Below are positions 1-8,521 of a DNA stretch of 64,000 nt, piece by piece. Source of the DNA: Candidatus Bathyarchaeia archaeon. Lineage in GTDB: Archaea > Thermoproteota > Bathyarchaeia > Bathyarchaeales > Bathycorpusculaceae. The notes under the pieces are model-generated. The model did not search any database and had not been told where the DNA came from. It saw only the letters and a program-made list of their open reading frames with translations. A program made the position numbers and the translations under genes. Positions within the stretch are counted from its first letter, which is position 1. Every line of letters starts with the position of its first letter. The stretch covers positions 32,001-96,000 of the forward strand of contig JAVZNC010000001.1 in the NCBI GenBank assembly GCA_038882955.1, in the 5' to 3' direction.

Positions 1-1
1 A

Positions 2-187
2 GGCTTACCAATTTGTAAACGTATTGTGGAAGCGCACGGCGGCAAAATTTCGGTAAAAAGTGCGGTTAATGAAGGAACAACTTTCACGGTGACTGTTCCA
101 ATCAAGCTAAAAAGCGAAAGAGAAGGGGGTGAAAAAGTTTGGTTAGGCGTGCCAGAATACTTGTCGTCGACGATGACGAAAGCATAA
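2..187 (+). CDS. Sensor histidine kinase, C-terminal HATPase_c end (partial, begins before the window)
   Basis: Manual frame-2 translation: GLPICKRIVEAHGGKISVKSAVNEGTTFTVTVP (G2-box/C-terminal strands of HATPase_c). Stop TAA at 185-187; overlaps the response regulator start. Confidence 0.85.
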   Translation, partial: GLPICKRIVEAHGGKISVKSAVNEGTTFTVTVPIKLKSEREGGEKVWLGVPEYLSSTMTKA

Positions 188-597
188 GAAAAGTCCTAAA
201 AACCGTGCTGGAAGACGATGGATACATTGTTGATACTGCCGCAAGCGGAAAGGAAGCCATAAGGAAATCCTATAGAAACTTCTACAATTTGGCTTTGATT
301 GACATTAGGCTGCAAGACATGGAAGGTGTAAAACTTCTGCAAAAGTTGAAAGATACCGTGCCAAAAATGCGCAAAGTAATGGTTACGGGGTATCCAACGC
401 TTCGAAGCGCAATCGAAGCCTTAAACAAAGGCGCAGACGGTTACGTTGTAAAGCCATTTGATATGAAAGAGCTTTTGGCGACTATAAAGGAGCAACTGAT
501 AAAGCAAGAGGAAGAGAAAAAGTACAGTCAAGAGAAAGTTAAAGAGTTTATTGAAACACGAGTAAGAGAGCTTGAGGAGAAAAAAGTGTCAAATTAA
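139..597 (+). CDS. Response regulator (CheY-like receiver domain plus short C-terminal helix)
   Basis: ILVVDDD, LIDIRL (phospho-Asp), VTGY and GADGYVVKPF motifs; directly follows the kinase. Confidence 0.92.
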   Translation: MVRRARILVVDDDESIRKVLKTVLEDDGYIVDTAASGKEAIRKSYRNFYNLALIDIRLQDMEGVKLLQKLKDTVPKMRKVMVTGYPTLRSAIEALNKGADGYVVKPFDMKELLATIKEQLIKQEEEKKYSQEKVKEFIETRVRELEEKKVSN

Positions 598-672
598 ACT
601 TTTAGTTTCAAACTTTCGTGAAAATTCCACAAGTTATAAAAGGAATTGGCCATAAATCATAACCGATGCGCC

Positions 673-2318
673 ATGAAAAGAAAATTTTTGTTAACTCTAA
701 GCATTTTTGTTTTGCTCTTTACAACGCTATCTTTTAGGCTTAACATCGCTGAAGTGAAAGCTATGGATGGAATAGACCCTTCAAAAATTTATGGAATAAT
801 TATGCTTTGGAACAATTCTATGAGCGTGTATGACGTGAAAGTGTCAGACGATGGCAAATACATAGCAGCTGTGAATGAGACTGGCTTATACTATTTTGCA
901 TGGAACGATTCAACTCCCAAATGGTGGTATTCTGGAACAACATTCCTTTCAGTCGCAATATCTGGCGATGGCGAATACGTGGTTGCAGGCGACAACAGCG
1001 GACGCTTAAGCTACTTTAACAATTCCCGTGCAATAACTGGCGAACGCTCAACCCCAACATGGACAAGCAGAGATCTTTGGGGTCAAGTTGAAAGAGGCAC
1101 TTTGGACATGTCTTATGATGGCGAGTATGTAGTTGTTGGCGGAACTGGCATAACATTATATTACTTTGCTGGATGCACAACTAGGTCGGGCACTGATGAA
1201 AGCGAAACTTGGTTGACAGGTTTTGGCGTATATGATTTTCGCGCTGTAAAAATATCACCGAATGGCGAATATGTTGCTGCAGGCGGGAGCGGCTATACTA
1301 ATGGCTTTGTTGTTTTTTATAAAGATGCAACTACCGCCAGTGGAACTTGTACTCCACAGTGGGTTTCTTATTCAATAAGTGCTCCAGTGGTAGATTTGGC
1401 ATTGTCAGATGATGGTTACTCTGTTGCTGCGGTAGACGTAGGAATAGAAGTTCTTGAGGAACCAACAACCCTTTGCTATTGGGCAAATGCCACAAACCTT
1501 TCTGGAGAACCAGACCCTACGTGGACTAGAAATGTAGCGTTCCTTTGTGTGGATATGAGCTATAATGGCGCCGAAGTTATAGCCGGCACTTCCCCTGTGG
1601 GTCCATGCGGCTTGCACTTTTGGGCTATGACCAAATTGAAAACTGGACTAGACGTGAAGGTGAAATTGTATGGGATGTTGCTATCAGCAGCAATGGCGGT
1701 CTAATCGCTGCAGCTGCTCAAGCCCCAGATGAGTCCAATAATACGGCTTACTTCTTTAAATCTGATGGCACCATGATTGCCAACTTTGACTTACCTCAAT
1801 TTAGTCCATTAATTTCCATGTCTGGAGACGGCATGATAACTGCCGTGGCGGGTCCGGGCTATGACAGCCTTTATGTTTTTCAAACAGTGGTGGATATAAC
1901 TCCGCCTTCAATAGAAAACGTGTATCAGCAACCAGCCAACGACAGCGTTTACCCAGAAGATGATGTTATTGTTTACGCCGAGGTCACCGATGACCTTAGT
2001 GGAGTAAAGCAGGTTATTCTAAACTACACTTACACTAATAGCACGGGAACATGGAATGAAACGGCTATTATGGAAAAGTTTGAAGGAAACCTCTACAGCG
2101 GCACGATTCGAGCCCTACCGTTCTGCACAAACGTGACATACGTGATAATAGCAGAAGACAACTTCAACAACATAATTACAACCGCAGAAATGGGACAAGA
2201 ATACAAATACCATGTAATTCCAGAATTTTCAACGCAGTTGATTCTTCCATTATTCACCGCAGCAACGATACTAGCAGCGGCAATCAGCAAGAAAAAACTC
2301 TTCAAAAAGCAAAATTGA
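673..2318 (+). pseudogene. Secreted beta-propeller (WD40-like) plus Ig-like surface protein with PEF-CTERM-like tail, split by a frameshift near 1620-1630
   Basis: ORFs 646-1704 and 1605-2318 continue the same V(A/K)IS.DG.Y+AA repeat across a frame change. Signal peptide at the N-terminus; VIPEF + TM helix + basic tail at the C-terminus. Confidence 0.7.
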
Positions 2319-2421
2319 ACAGCAATTTACACCTCCCTTCATTTTTCAATTAAAAGCAAACGCCACATCCCACTCTGTTGGAAAAGTTTATTTCACTGAT
2401 AAGTGTGTTATGAACAAACGT

Positions 2422-2468
2422 TGGCGGATAGGCATCCGCTGGGATGTAACCCTAAAGAAAAGGGGTTG
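2422..2468 (+). promoter_or_regulatory. Putative structured 5' leader of the rpl15e operon (two hairpins)
   Basis: TGGCGGAT-aggc-ATCCGCTG stem-loop followed by AACCCT...GGGGTT stem-loop, upstream of SD AGGAGG and ATG 2502. Confidence 0.45.
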
Positions 2469-2501
2469 AACCATAAACTAGAAAGGAGGAATGCATTGGA
2501 A

Positions 2502-3077
2502 ATGGCGTACAAGTACATTGCAGAGGCTTGGTCAAAACCAGAAAAATCCTTCGTAGACGAGCTTATGCGCCAGAGGCTAATCGAATGGCGCAGGCAACCA
2601 GCCATAACCCGCGTGGAAAAGCCCACAAGACTGGATAGGGCGAGAAGGCTTGGTTACAAGGCGAAACAAGGCTTCATAATAGTCCGTGTGCGCGTTAGAA
2701 GAGGAGGCTTACGGAAACAGCGTCCAAGGTCTGGAAGAAGACCGAAGCGCATGGGTGTCAAAAAGTTCAAGCCCGCCAAAAGTTTGAGGCTTATAGCCGA
2801 AGAACGCGCTGCAAGGAAGTTCCCAAACCTTGAGGTTCTAAACTCGTATTGGGTGGGCGAGGATGGACGCTCAAAATGGTTTGAAGTCATAATGGTGGAT
2901 CCGCATCACCCAGCAATAAAGGCGGATAAGGACGTGAGCTGGATAACCCAGAAACAGCACAAAAGAAGAGTTTTCAGAGGCTTGACAAGCGCAGGCAAGA
3001 AAGTTAGGGGATTAAGGCTAAAGGGAAAAGGCGCGGAAAAGTTTAGACCAAGCAAGAAGTCGGGCATGGGAGAATAG
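2502..3077 (+). CDS. rpl15e: 50S ribosomal protein L15e
   Basis: [47 protein letters not shown]. True start is likely ATG 2502 after AGGAGG. Confidence 0.97.
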   Translation: MAYKYIAEAWSKPEKSFVDELMRQRLIEWRRQPAITRVEKPTRLDRARRLGYKAKQGFIIVRVRVRRGGLRKQRPRSGRRPKRMGVKKFKPAKSLRLIAEERAARKFPNLEVLNSYWVGEDGRSKWFEVIMVDPHHPAIKADKDVSWITQKQHKRRVFRGLTSAGKKVRGLRLKGKGAEKFRPSKKSGMGE

Positions 3078-3082
3078 CACCC

Positions 3083-3316
3083 ATGATAGCTTTAAAGCCA
3101 AAGATCTTTAAAAAAGACGGAAAGCAACGTTTAGGAAAGGGTTTCAGCCAAGAAGAATTGAAGAAGGCTGAGTTAAGCCTGAAAGAAGCCTTGAAGCTTG
3201 GAATTCCAGTAGACCCTAGGCGTAGAACAGCGCATCAAGAAAATGTTGAGGCGATTAAAGGTTTTCTGGAAAGCGTAAAGGAGAAGCCGCGTCGCAAAGC
3301 AAAGTCTAAAAGTTAA
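3083..3316 (+). CDS. rpl13e: 50S ribosomal protein L13e
   Basis: RLGKGFS.EELKKA...LGIPVDPRRRT.HQENVE motif. Confidence 0.9.
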   Translation: MIALKPKIFKKDGKQRLGKGFSQEELKKAELSLKEALKLGIPVDPRRRTAHQENVEAIKGFLESVKEKPRRKAKSKS

Positions 3317-3337
3317 AGGGCGTCTAATCTAGAAGCA

Positions 3338-3796
3338 GTGATAGCGACTTTGCCTTCTAAAAATCCGATAGGATACATTGACATAAGGGTGTTTGCACAC
3401 GCCACAGAAGACCCAGAAAAAGTTCTCACGGCAGTGCGCAACATGCTCCCACCAGAAACGCTGGATGCGGGCACATTTAAAAAGTCAAATTTAGCTGGGC
3501 ATCATGGAAACCCAATAATACTGTTTGAAGCGCGAGTTAAAGACAAGAGCGCAGTTCAAGCGATTTTTGATAGGATTGCTGCGAGGCTAGGCATTATGGA
3601 TAAGGAGATGCTGAACAGCGAAATTGAAAGCCATTTGGAGAGGGGAAACCTCTATCTTAGGCTTGATAAGCAATCCGCTTATCTGAACGAGGCGCGAATT
3701 GCGAAAGCTGATGCGATTCACTTTAAGATACACTTCAAAAAGGAGAAGCCGGAGGAAGTAGTTGAAATTTGCAGAAAGTTTGGGTTGCTTCCATGA
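3338..3796 (+). CDS. DUF54 family RNA-binding protein (exosome superoperon)
   Basis: HATEDPEKV, GHHGNPI and LYLRLDKQ motifs; typical position between rpl15e and rnp3. Confidence 0.88.
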   Translation: MIATLPSKNPIGYIDIRVFAHATEDPEKVLTAVRNMLPPETLDAGTFKKSNLAGHHGNPIILFEARVKDKSAVQAIFDRIAARLGIMDKEMLNSEIESHLERGNLYLRLDKQSAYLNEARIAKADAIHFKIHFKKEKPEEVVEICRKFGLLP

Positions 3797-4527
3797 AAAA
3801 GGCGTATGCGGACTTGCATTTGCTTCCAAACCCTAGGGATTTAAAACTGGTTTCGCGCATTGTGAGTAAGGCATCTGCACTTGGATACAAGGTTATAGGC
3901 ATATCATTGCCACAAAATTTTGGACAAGAAGAAATTCAAAAATTGAAAAATTTGTGCGCAGAAAACAAAATTGACTTTGTTTCTCGTGTGGATTTGAAGC
4001 TGCGAAGCCCAAAAGAGCTAATCAGAGACCTGAGAAAAATGCGGAGAAAATTCGAGTTAATAGCCGTACTATGCGAGTCAAAAAGCGTTGCAAGACAAGC
4101 AGCGAAAGATAGGCGCGTAGACCTTCTAAACTTTCCGTCAACAGACTTTCGCAAAAGATTCTTTGATAGGGCAGAGGCAGAATTAGCTTCGAACGCGTTG
4201 GCATCGCTAGAAATAGACGTTAAGCCTCTACTCACGCTTGAGGGACTCGCAAGAGTAAGGCTCATACACAACATTAGAAGAGAAGCCGCAACCGCCACCA
4301 AGTACGGTGTTCCCATAGTGATTTCGAGCGGCGTAGCAGACGAACGGCTAATGCGAAAACCGATGGAGCAAGCCTCTTTGGCTTTTCTCTTCGACTTGGA
4401 CGAGGCAGCAGCCTTAAAGGCGGTTTCAAAAAACCCAATAGCAATAGTAAAAAAGAATAGGGAGAAACTTAGTCCAAAGTTTGTTGCGCCTGGAATAAGG
4501 GTCATTCGGAAGGGGAAAGATTGCTGA
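3793..4527 (+). CDS. rnp3: Ribonuclease P protein component 3 (Rpp30)
   Basis: YADLH, ARQAAKDRRVDLL, VPIVISSG, LMRKP; PHP-like TIM barrel; operon context. Confidence 0.9.
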   Translation: MKKAYADLHLLPNPRDLKLVSRIVSKASALGYKVIGISLPQNFGQEEIQKLKNLCAENKIDFVSRVDLKLRSPKELIRDLRKMRRKFELIAVLCESKSVARQAAKDRRVDLLNFPSTDFRKRFFDRAEAELASNALASLEIDVKPLLTLEGLARVRLIHNIRREAATATKYGVPIVISSGVADERLMRKPMEQASLAFLFDLDEAAALKAVSKNPIAIVKKNREKLSPKFVAPGIRVIRKGKDC

Positions 4528-4841
4528 AGAAGGTGAAGAGGCGCTATTTGGCGCTTAAAATAGATTCTACGGAAAAAATCGGCTCAAAAGAGTTTATCGA
4601 CAGCGTCTGGAACGCAGTGTTGAAGCTTTATGGAGAGTATGGCGCAAGCCATACAGGCTTGACGTTAATAAGCTATGATGATGAGCAGCAATTAGCGGTT
4701 ATACGCGTAGCGCATGCTGCCCTAAAAATGGTTAGAGCAGCAATAGCAACAATAACAAGAATAGGCGAGAAACCAGCAACCATCCACATCCTAACAGTTT
4801 CAGGAACAATAAAAACACTAAACAAAAAAATAGGAACATAA
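4521..4841 (+). CDS. rnp2: Ribonuclease P protein component 2 (Pop5/Rpp14)
   Basis: KRRYLAL, LYGEYG and VSGTIK motifs. Confidence 0.9.
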   Translation: MLKKVKRRYLALKIDSTEKIGSKEFIDSVWNAVLKLYGEYGASHTGLTLISYDDEQQLAVIRVAHAALKMVRAAIATITRIGEKPATIHILTVSGTIKTLNKKIGT

Positions 4842-4867
4842 GCTGAATAATAGCTTACTTTTGCTCA

Positions 4868-5030
4868 TCAATTGGAACCTTTCCACCAGTATAAAACTTT
4901 CCTTCCTTGCTTTGAAGAGTCAACAAGGCCTTCTCTCACTAGCTTTTCTAACGCAAGTCTCACTCTCGTGTATTGACTTGGGGCTCCTTTTGGCCAATCT
5001 TATATGCTCTGCTAGGTGTATTATCACCAT
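4868..5030 (-). pseudogene. Degraded winged-helix (ArsR-like) regulator fragment
   Basis: Manual translation gives ...SQYTRVRLALEKLVREGLVDSSKQGRKVLYW*. The upstream ATG (5030, MVIIHLAEHI) is one base out of frame. Confidence 0.4.
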
Positions 5031-5235
5031 ATTATCTCCTATATTATCACTATTTGTTTACTATTAAAAGAGAAATAGAGGTAGCTAATGGGCGGTTTAG
5101 TGAAAGGGGGCTCTAAATAATTCGGAATTAGTGTGGGAATGGGATACTGGAATGGATAAAATGGTGGTTTAGGGTCGGAGCTTGAGCGAACATCTTATAT
5201 TTTGATAATTTAATGCTAATATTTGTGGTTATACT

Positions 5236-5622
5236 GTGGAACTTACCGAGAAAGAAAGGCTAATGCTGGTTGAAAAGAAAGAGGAAATTAGAAGATTAAC
5301 AACTGAAATTTTGGGAATGGCGTCTAATCCAAAAAACGAGTTGGAAATCAAAAAAGGATTTACTAGCATTTTAGCACATTTGAATACTATCGCGTCTTAT
5401 TCTGACTGTCAGAATTACGATTTAGATAGATTAACGTCTGCTATAAACGCTTTATTTATCACCATGCGTCGTGAAGAAAGAGCGAATGTCTGGGTTGTCT
5501 CCCCATTGTATATCGAGGTAACTTGCAATCACATAAATTCCATTAGATTCAATTTCACAAAAAGAGACGTAAAGATACATCTGCCTAAAATAGACATTTC
5601 GATATTCAGAACTAATAAATAG
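5236..5622 (+). CDS. Hypothetical protein (island cargo, helical)
   Basis: 128-aa ORF with a TATA-like element upstream; no recognisable motif. Confidence 0.65.
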   Translation: MELTEKERLMLVEKKEEIRRLTTEILGMASNPKNELEIKKGFTSILAHLNTIASYSDCQNYDLDRLTSAINALFITMRREERANVWVVSPLYIEVTCNHINSIRFNFTKRDVKIHLPKIDISIFRTNK

Positions 5623-5712
5623 GTAGAGCATTAAAATCTTTATTTGTAAATAGCTGATGCTTGTTACGATACGAAAGGTGGGAAACGTAAGAAATTATGA
5701 AAAGTGATAATC

Positions 5713-6117
5713 ATGGAAAAACCGCTAGGTAAAGAAGAACAAAAGGCGTATTTGCATAGTAAAATAGGAGAATCAGTCAATTTTAAGTACCCAGAACCCC
5801 CGTACCTTTTGAAAGGTAAGTTACTGGACAGATATGCAATTTCTTTGGGATATGGAGACGAATGGGTAGATTATTAGATGATTGTAGACATTATTAAGTT
5901 TGAAGGTGAGACTGAGGACTGGCTAAGGATAACTTACTATAGGTACAAGAAGAAAGAAATGAGATGGGTTTTTGCGGGTCAAACAGCATTGGCGATGCCA
6001 ATAAGTGGTTTCCGTGAATTATTCATCAAGGTAATAAAAGAGAAAGAATGGATTAGACCGCTTTTCAAAGAAATCTACAAACAATGTTTAAACGAGTTAA
6101 ATATAGAAAACTTATAG
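5713..6117 (+). pseudogene. Hypothetical protein interrupted by an in-frame TAG (5875-5877)
   Basis: ATG 5713 opens 54 codons (MEKPLGK...EWVDY), then TAG, then continues in the same frame as ORF 5878-6117. Confidence 0.65.
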
Positions 6118-6230
6118 CTGAACCAAAAGAACTAATCAGAATCAGAGAATTGCATAGGCTCTTTTTGAGAACAGAGCAAAAGTTTAAAATTTTATATAGA
6201 AAACTGCCTATTAACTGGATGAGAATTAAA

Positions 6231-6524
6231 ATGAGTAAAGAACTTGAACTTAAACCATTGCTAAAGAAACTAGACGACCTAGCCAATAAAATAGACACGT
6301 TAATCATGGTCACAGCAGTTACACATCAGAGTCAAAAACTTTTAGAAGGCAAATCGCAGAAAGAGCAGATTAAAATTCTTGCTGAAAGAAAGCTTCCGAG
6401 AGACGTAATCGCGTTGATAGTCGGCACCAAACCAGAAGTTGTAAGTGTTAGGTTAAGCGAATTAAAGAGTAAGTCTGGTAAACCAAAGGAAAAACCACAA
6501 AAACAAGTAGAAGAGGCTCAATAA
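6231..6524 (+). CDS. Small coiled-coil plus HTH protein
   Basis: KLDDLANKIDTLI...EQIKILAERKLPRDVIALIVGTKPEVVSVRLSELK (HTH pattern); likely start ATG 6231. Confidence 0.7.
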   Translation: MSKELELKPLLKKLDDLANKIDTLIMVTAVTHQSQKLLEGKSQKEQIKILAERKLPRDVIALIVGTKPEVVSVRLSELKSKSGKPKEKPQKQVEEAQ

Positions 6525-6541
6525 ATAAGAGGATCATTTAA

Positions 6542-6745
6542 ATGAAAACGAAAAAATCCGTTGGAAATAGTGGTTTAAATAAGAAAATTGAAAAGGTAAA
6601 CAAGAAACTGGACATGATAATAGTTATCCTTTTAGCTAAATCTGGTTTTACAAGAAAAGAAGTAGCCGACGTTTTGAAGGTAAGCGAGAAAACCATAGAA
6701 CGAATGCTTCCATTTGAGAAGCTCAAAAAACGGCGTGAAGAATGA
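6542..6745 (+). CDS. Small HTH protein
   Basis: KLDMIIVILLAKSGFTRKEVADVLKVSEKTIERML; ATGA overlap with the next gene. Confidence 0.75.
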   Translation: MKTKKSVGNSGLNKKIEKVNKKLDMIIVILLAKSGFTRKEVADVLKVSEKTIERMLPFEKLKKRREE

Positions 6746-7449
6746 AAAAGCCTGAATTAGACCCACGGATTGTTCAAAAAATAAAAAGAAAGGGAAAAAT
6801 TTCTGAAAAAACAATAAGACCAGCTATTTCTAAAATTAGAGGAGACAATCCCTCACTTACACTGAATGCTGCAGCAGAAATATTCGCTAAGAAACATGGT
6901 TTCAGCGTTTCAAGATATCTAAATGACAAGGATAGGGACGCCTTAAAGAGTCTGCAAATAGAAAAAATAAAAGTGCCAGTAGGCAAACCAAAATCAAGAA
7001 AGAAAATTGCAATAATCGCCAATTATGACACTACTGACCCATTACTAAAAGCTCATATTGATGAAATAAACAAAACATATACCTACGGATGTTACACAGC
7101 TACTTTTATTCTCTGTAGGAAAGTTTTAGAAAATTTGATAGTTCATCATATTCTTAGAAAAAAATATCCAGAAAACTCAGAACAGCATAGAAGTAAATAT
7201 TTTGATTTTAATAGAAACAGAAATTTAGATTTCAATAAATTATTGACAAATTTGAGGGAATCATCTAAGGACTTCGGACCAGAGAAAAGTCTTGTTGAAA
7301 GAATCTGTCAGTTGGCGGAGAGATTCAAAGAAGAAGCAAATGAAATGACGCACTCTTTGTATCATATAGCAACAAAGAAAGAGATAGATGAAATACGATT
7401 TCAGTATATACTGGATTTAATTAAAAAACTTGAAAGGACTTTGTCCTAA
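6742..7449 (+). CDS. Helical N-terminal domain plus DUF4145/HEPN-like C-terminal domain protein
   Basis: YTATFILCRKVLENLI and KEEANEMTH resemble the DUF4145 A...+R..+E and R..GN..AH motifs. Confidence 0.6.
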   Translation: MKKPELDPRIVQKIKRKGKISEKTIRPAISKIRGDNPSLTLNAAAEIFAKKHGFSVSRYLNDKDRDALKSLQIEKIKVPVGKPKSRKKIAIIANYDTTDPLLKAHIDEINKTYTYGCYTATFILCRKVLENLIVHHILRKKYPENSEQHRSKYFDFNRNRNLDFNKLLTNLRESSKDFGPEKSLVERICQLAERFKEEANEMTHSLYHIATKKEIDEIRFQYILDLIKKLERTLS

Positions 7450-7537
7450 ATTTTCTGAGACTTATTTTTATATTATCATCTTAGGCTTTCGTAGGCAGTA
7501 TCCCCATTCAGTTTTAGTTAGTAGTGCATTTGTATAG

Positions 7538-8500
7538 CTATTTACGTTTACGGAATAGCTTAGCACCATCTATATCAGTTACATAGTCAAAGCCTTGCTC
7601 TAGCAGAGTCTTAGCCTCATCAAGGGTTCTAGCCACAGCAACATGGTACTCTTCAGATGGAAAGGCTACTAGGTGAGTGTAACGGAGAGTGGCTCTAAGG
7701 TCTCTATGACCCATTATAGATTTAACATATAGCAAATCTTTAGTTTTATAATATTCTAAGGAAGCCTTAAGGTGTCTAAGGTCGTAGAGGCGTATAGACT
7801 TAATGGAAGGGTCACCGAGCTTATTAGCAACCTTGTTACGTACACGTCTAAAGGTTTCAGATAGGGATTCAGACCTTATAGGAAAGAGCCTATCATTTAA
7901 AGATAGTTTTTTAATGGCTACGTAGGCTTTTAGCATAGCTAGTGTTTGAGGTGTAAGTTTAAGGGTTCTACCAGAGCAGTGTTTAGCACTTGTAACAGTC
8001 ACCATACCAGACTCTAAATCTACATCTTTAAGCCTTAACCATGTAAGCTCTATAGGTCTAAGACCTAGGTCTCTAATTATACTAAAGGCTAACGCATACC
8101 TTTTAGAAGCATTAGATATTATCAGATTAACCTTTTCCATAGTAGGTAGCTTTGGCAGTCTATCATAGCGTTTATAGAAGGGTTTAGACCATGCTAGACC
8201 GTTAGCCTTGCAATAGAGGTCGTAGGCTTCCACTAGAGTCTCTTTAAAAGCCATGCTACAACCTTTTAAAGCTATAAAGCCCTTTACAGTCTCTGGATTG
8301 GATAGGTCACAGTTTCTAGATAGGTGTCTAAGCCTTTTAGCAGTAGCCTTGATATAGCTTTCAGAGTAGGCGTTCTTTTTCATATACCATAGAGTATTAA
8401 AAAGTTTATCAGTTGGGGATGCTGTTATAGCTTTGGGGGATGATGTTGCCGTCCCAGACTGATTTATGCGGATGAGGAACTCATGACGGACAGACCCCAA
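7538..8500 (-). CDS. Tyrosine recombinase/integrase (start uncertain; ATG 8383 or further upstream)
   Basis: Catalytic set GLRPIEL (R), SAKH (K), YDLRH (xxR), MGH (H) and LRYTHL (Y). Confidence 0.92.
   Translation of the reverse strand: MGSVRHEFLIRINQSGTATSSPKAITASPTDKLFNTLWYMKKNAYSESYIKATAKRLRHLSRNCDLSNPETVKGFIALKGCSMAFKETLVEAYDLYCKANGLAWSKPFYKRYDRLPKLPTMEKVNLIISNASKRYALAFSIIRDLGLRPIELTWLRLKDVDLESGMVTVTSAKHCSGRTLKLTPQTLAMLKAYVAIKKLSLNDRLFPIRSESLSETFRRVRNKVANKLGDPSIKSIRLYDLRHLKASLEYYKTKDLLYVKSIMGHRDLRATLRYTHLVAFPSEEYHVAVARTLDEAKTLLEQGFDYVTDIDGAKLFRKRK
8399..8411 (+). promoter_or_regulatory. Putative BRE/TATA promoter of the C/D sRNA, inside the integrase reading frame
   Basis: AAAAAGTTTATCA lies about 25 nt upstream of the sRNA 5' stem. 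Confidence 0.45.
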
Positions 8501-8501
8501 A
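8432..8501 (+). ncRNA. C/D-box methylation guide sRNA (predicted 23S Gm2251 and Um2593, E. coli numbering)
   Basis: Terminal stem TTTGGGG/CCCCAAA; C box ATGATGT; guide TGCCGTCCCAGA; D' CTGA; C' GGATGA; guide GGAACTCATGACGGA; D CAGA. Both guides pair with conserved 23S PTC sequences recalled from memory. Confidence 0.85.
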
Positions 8502-8521
8502 CAAACGCCCTTTATTACAAA

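Larger units (their letters stand above)
4850..8433. mobile_element. Small integrase-bearing genomic island (~3.6 kb) between rnp2 and a C/D-box sRNA
   Basis: Visibly AT-richer than the flanks; carries a tyrosine integrase, orphan genes and decayed genes. A 7-bp ATAGCTT occurs at both edges (4850-4856 and 8427-8433). Confidence 0.7.

Noticed and set aside
4842-4870. SSV-type split integrase N-fragment restored on excision
   Set aside because: Joining at ATAGCTT puts a TAA immediately before the integrase frame, and the ATG at 4867 stays out of frame.
8384-8500. N-terminal extension of the integrase as given by the ORF track
   Set aside because: The first ~23 codons are the antisense of the C/D sRNA and are probably not translated; the true start is unresolved.
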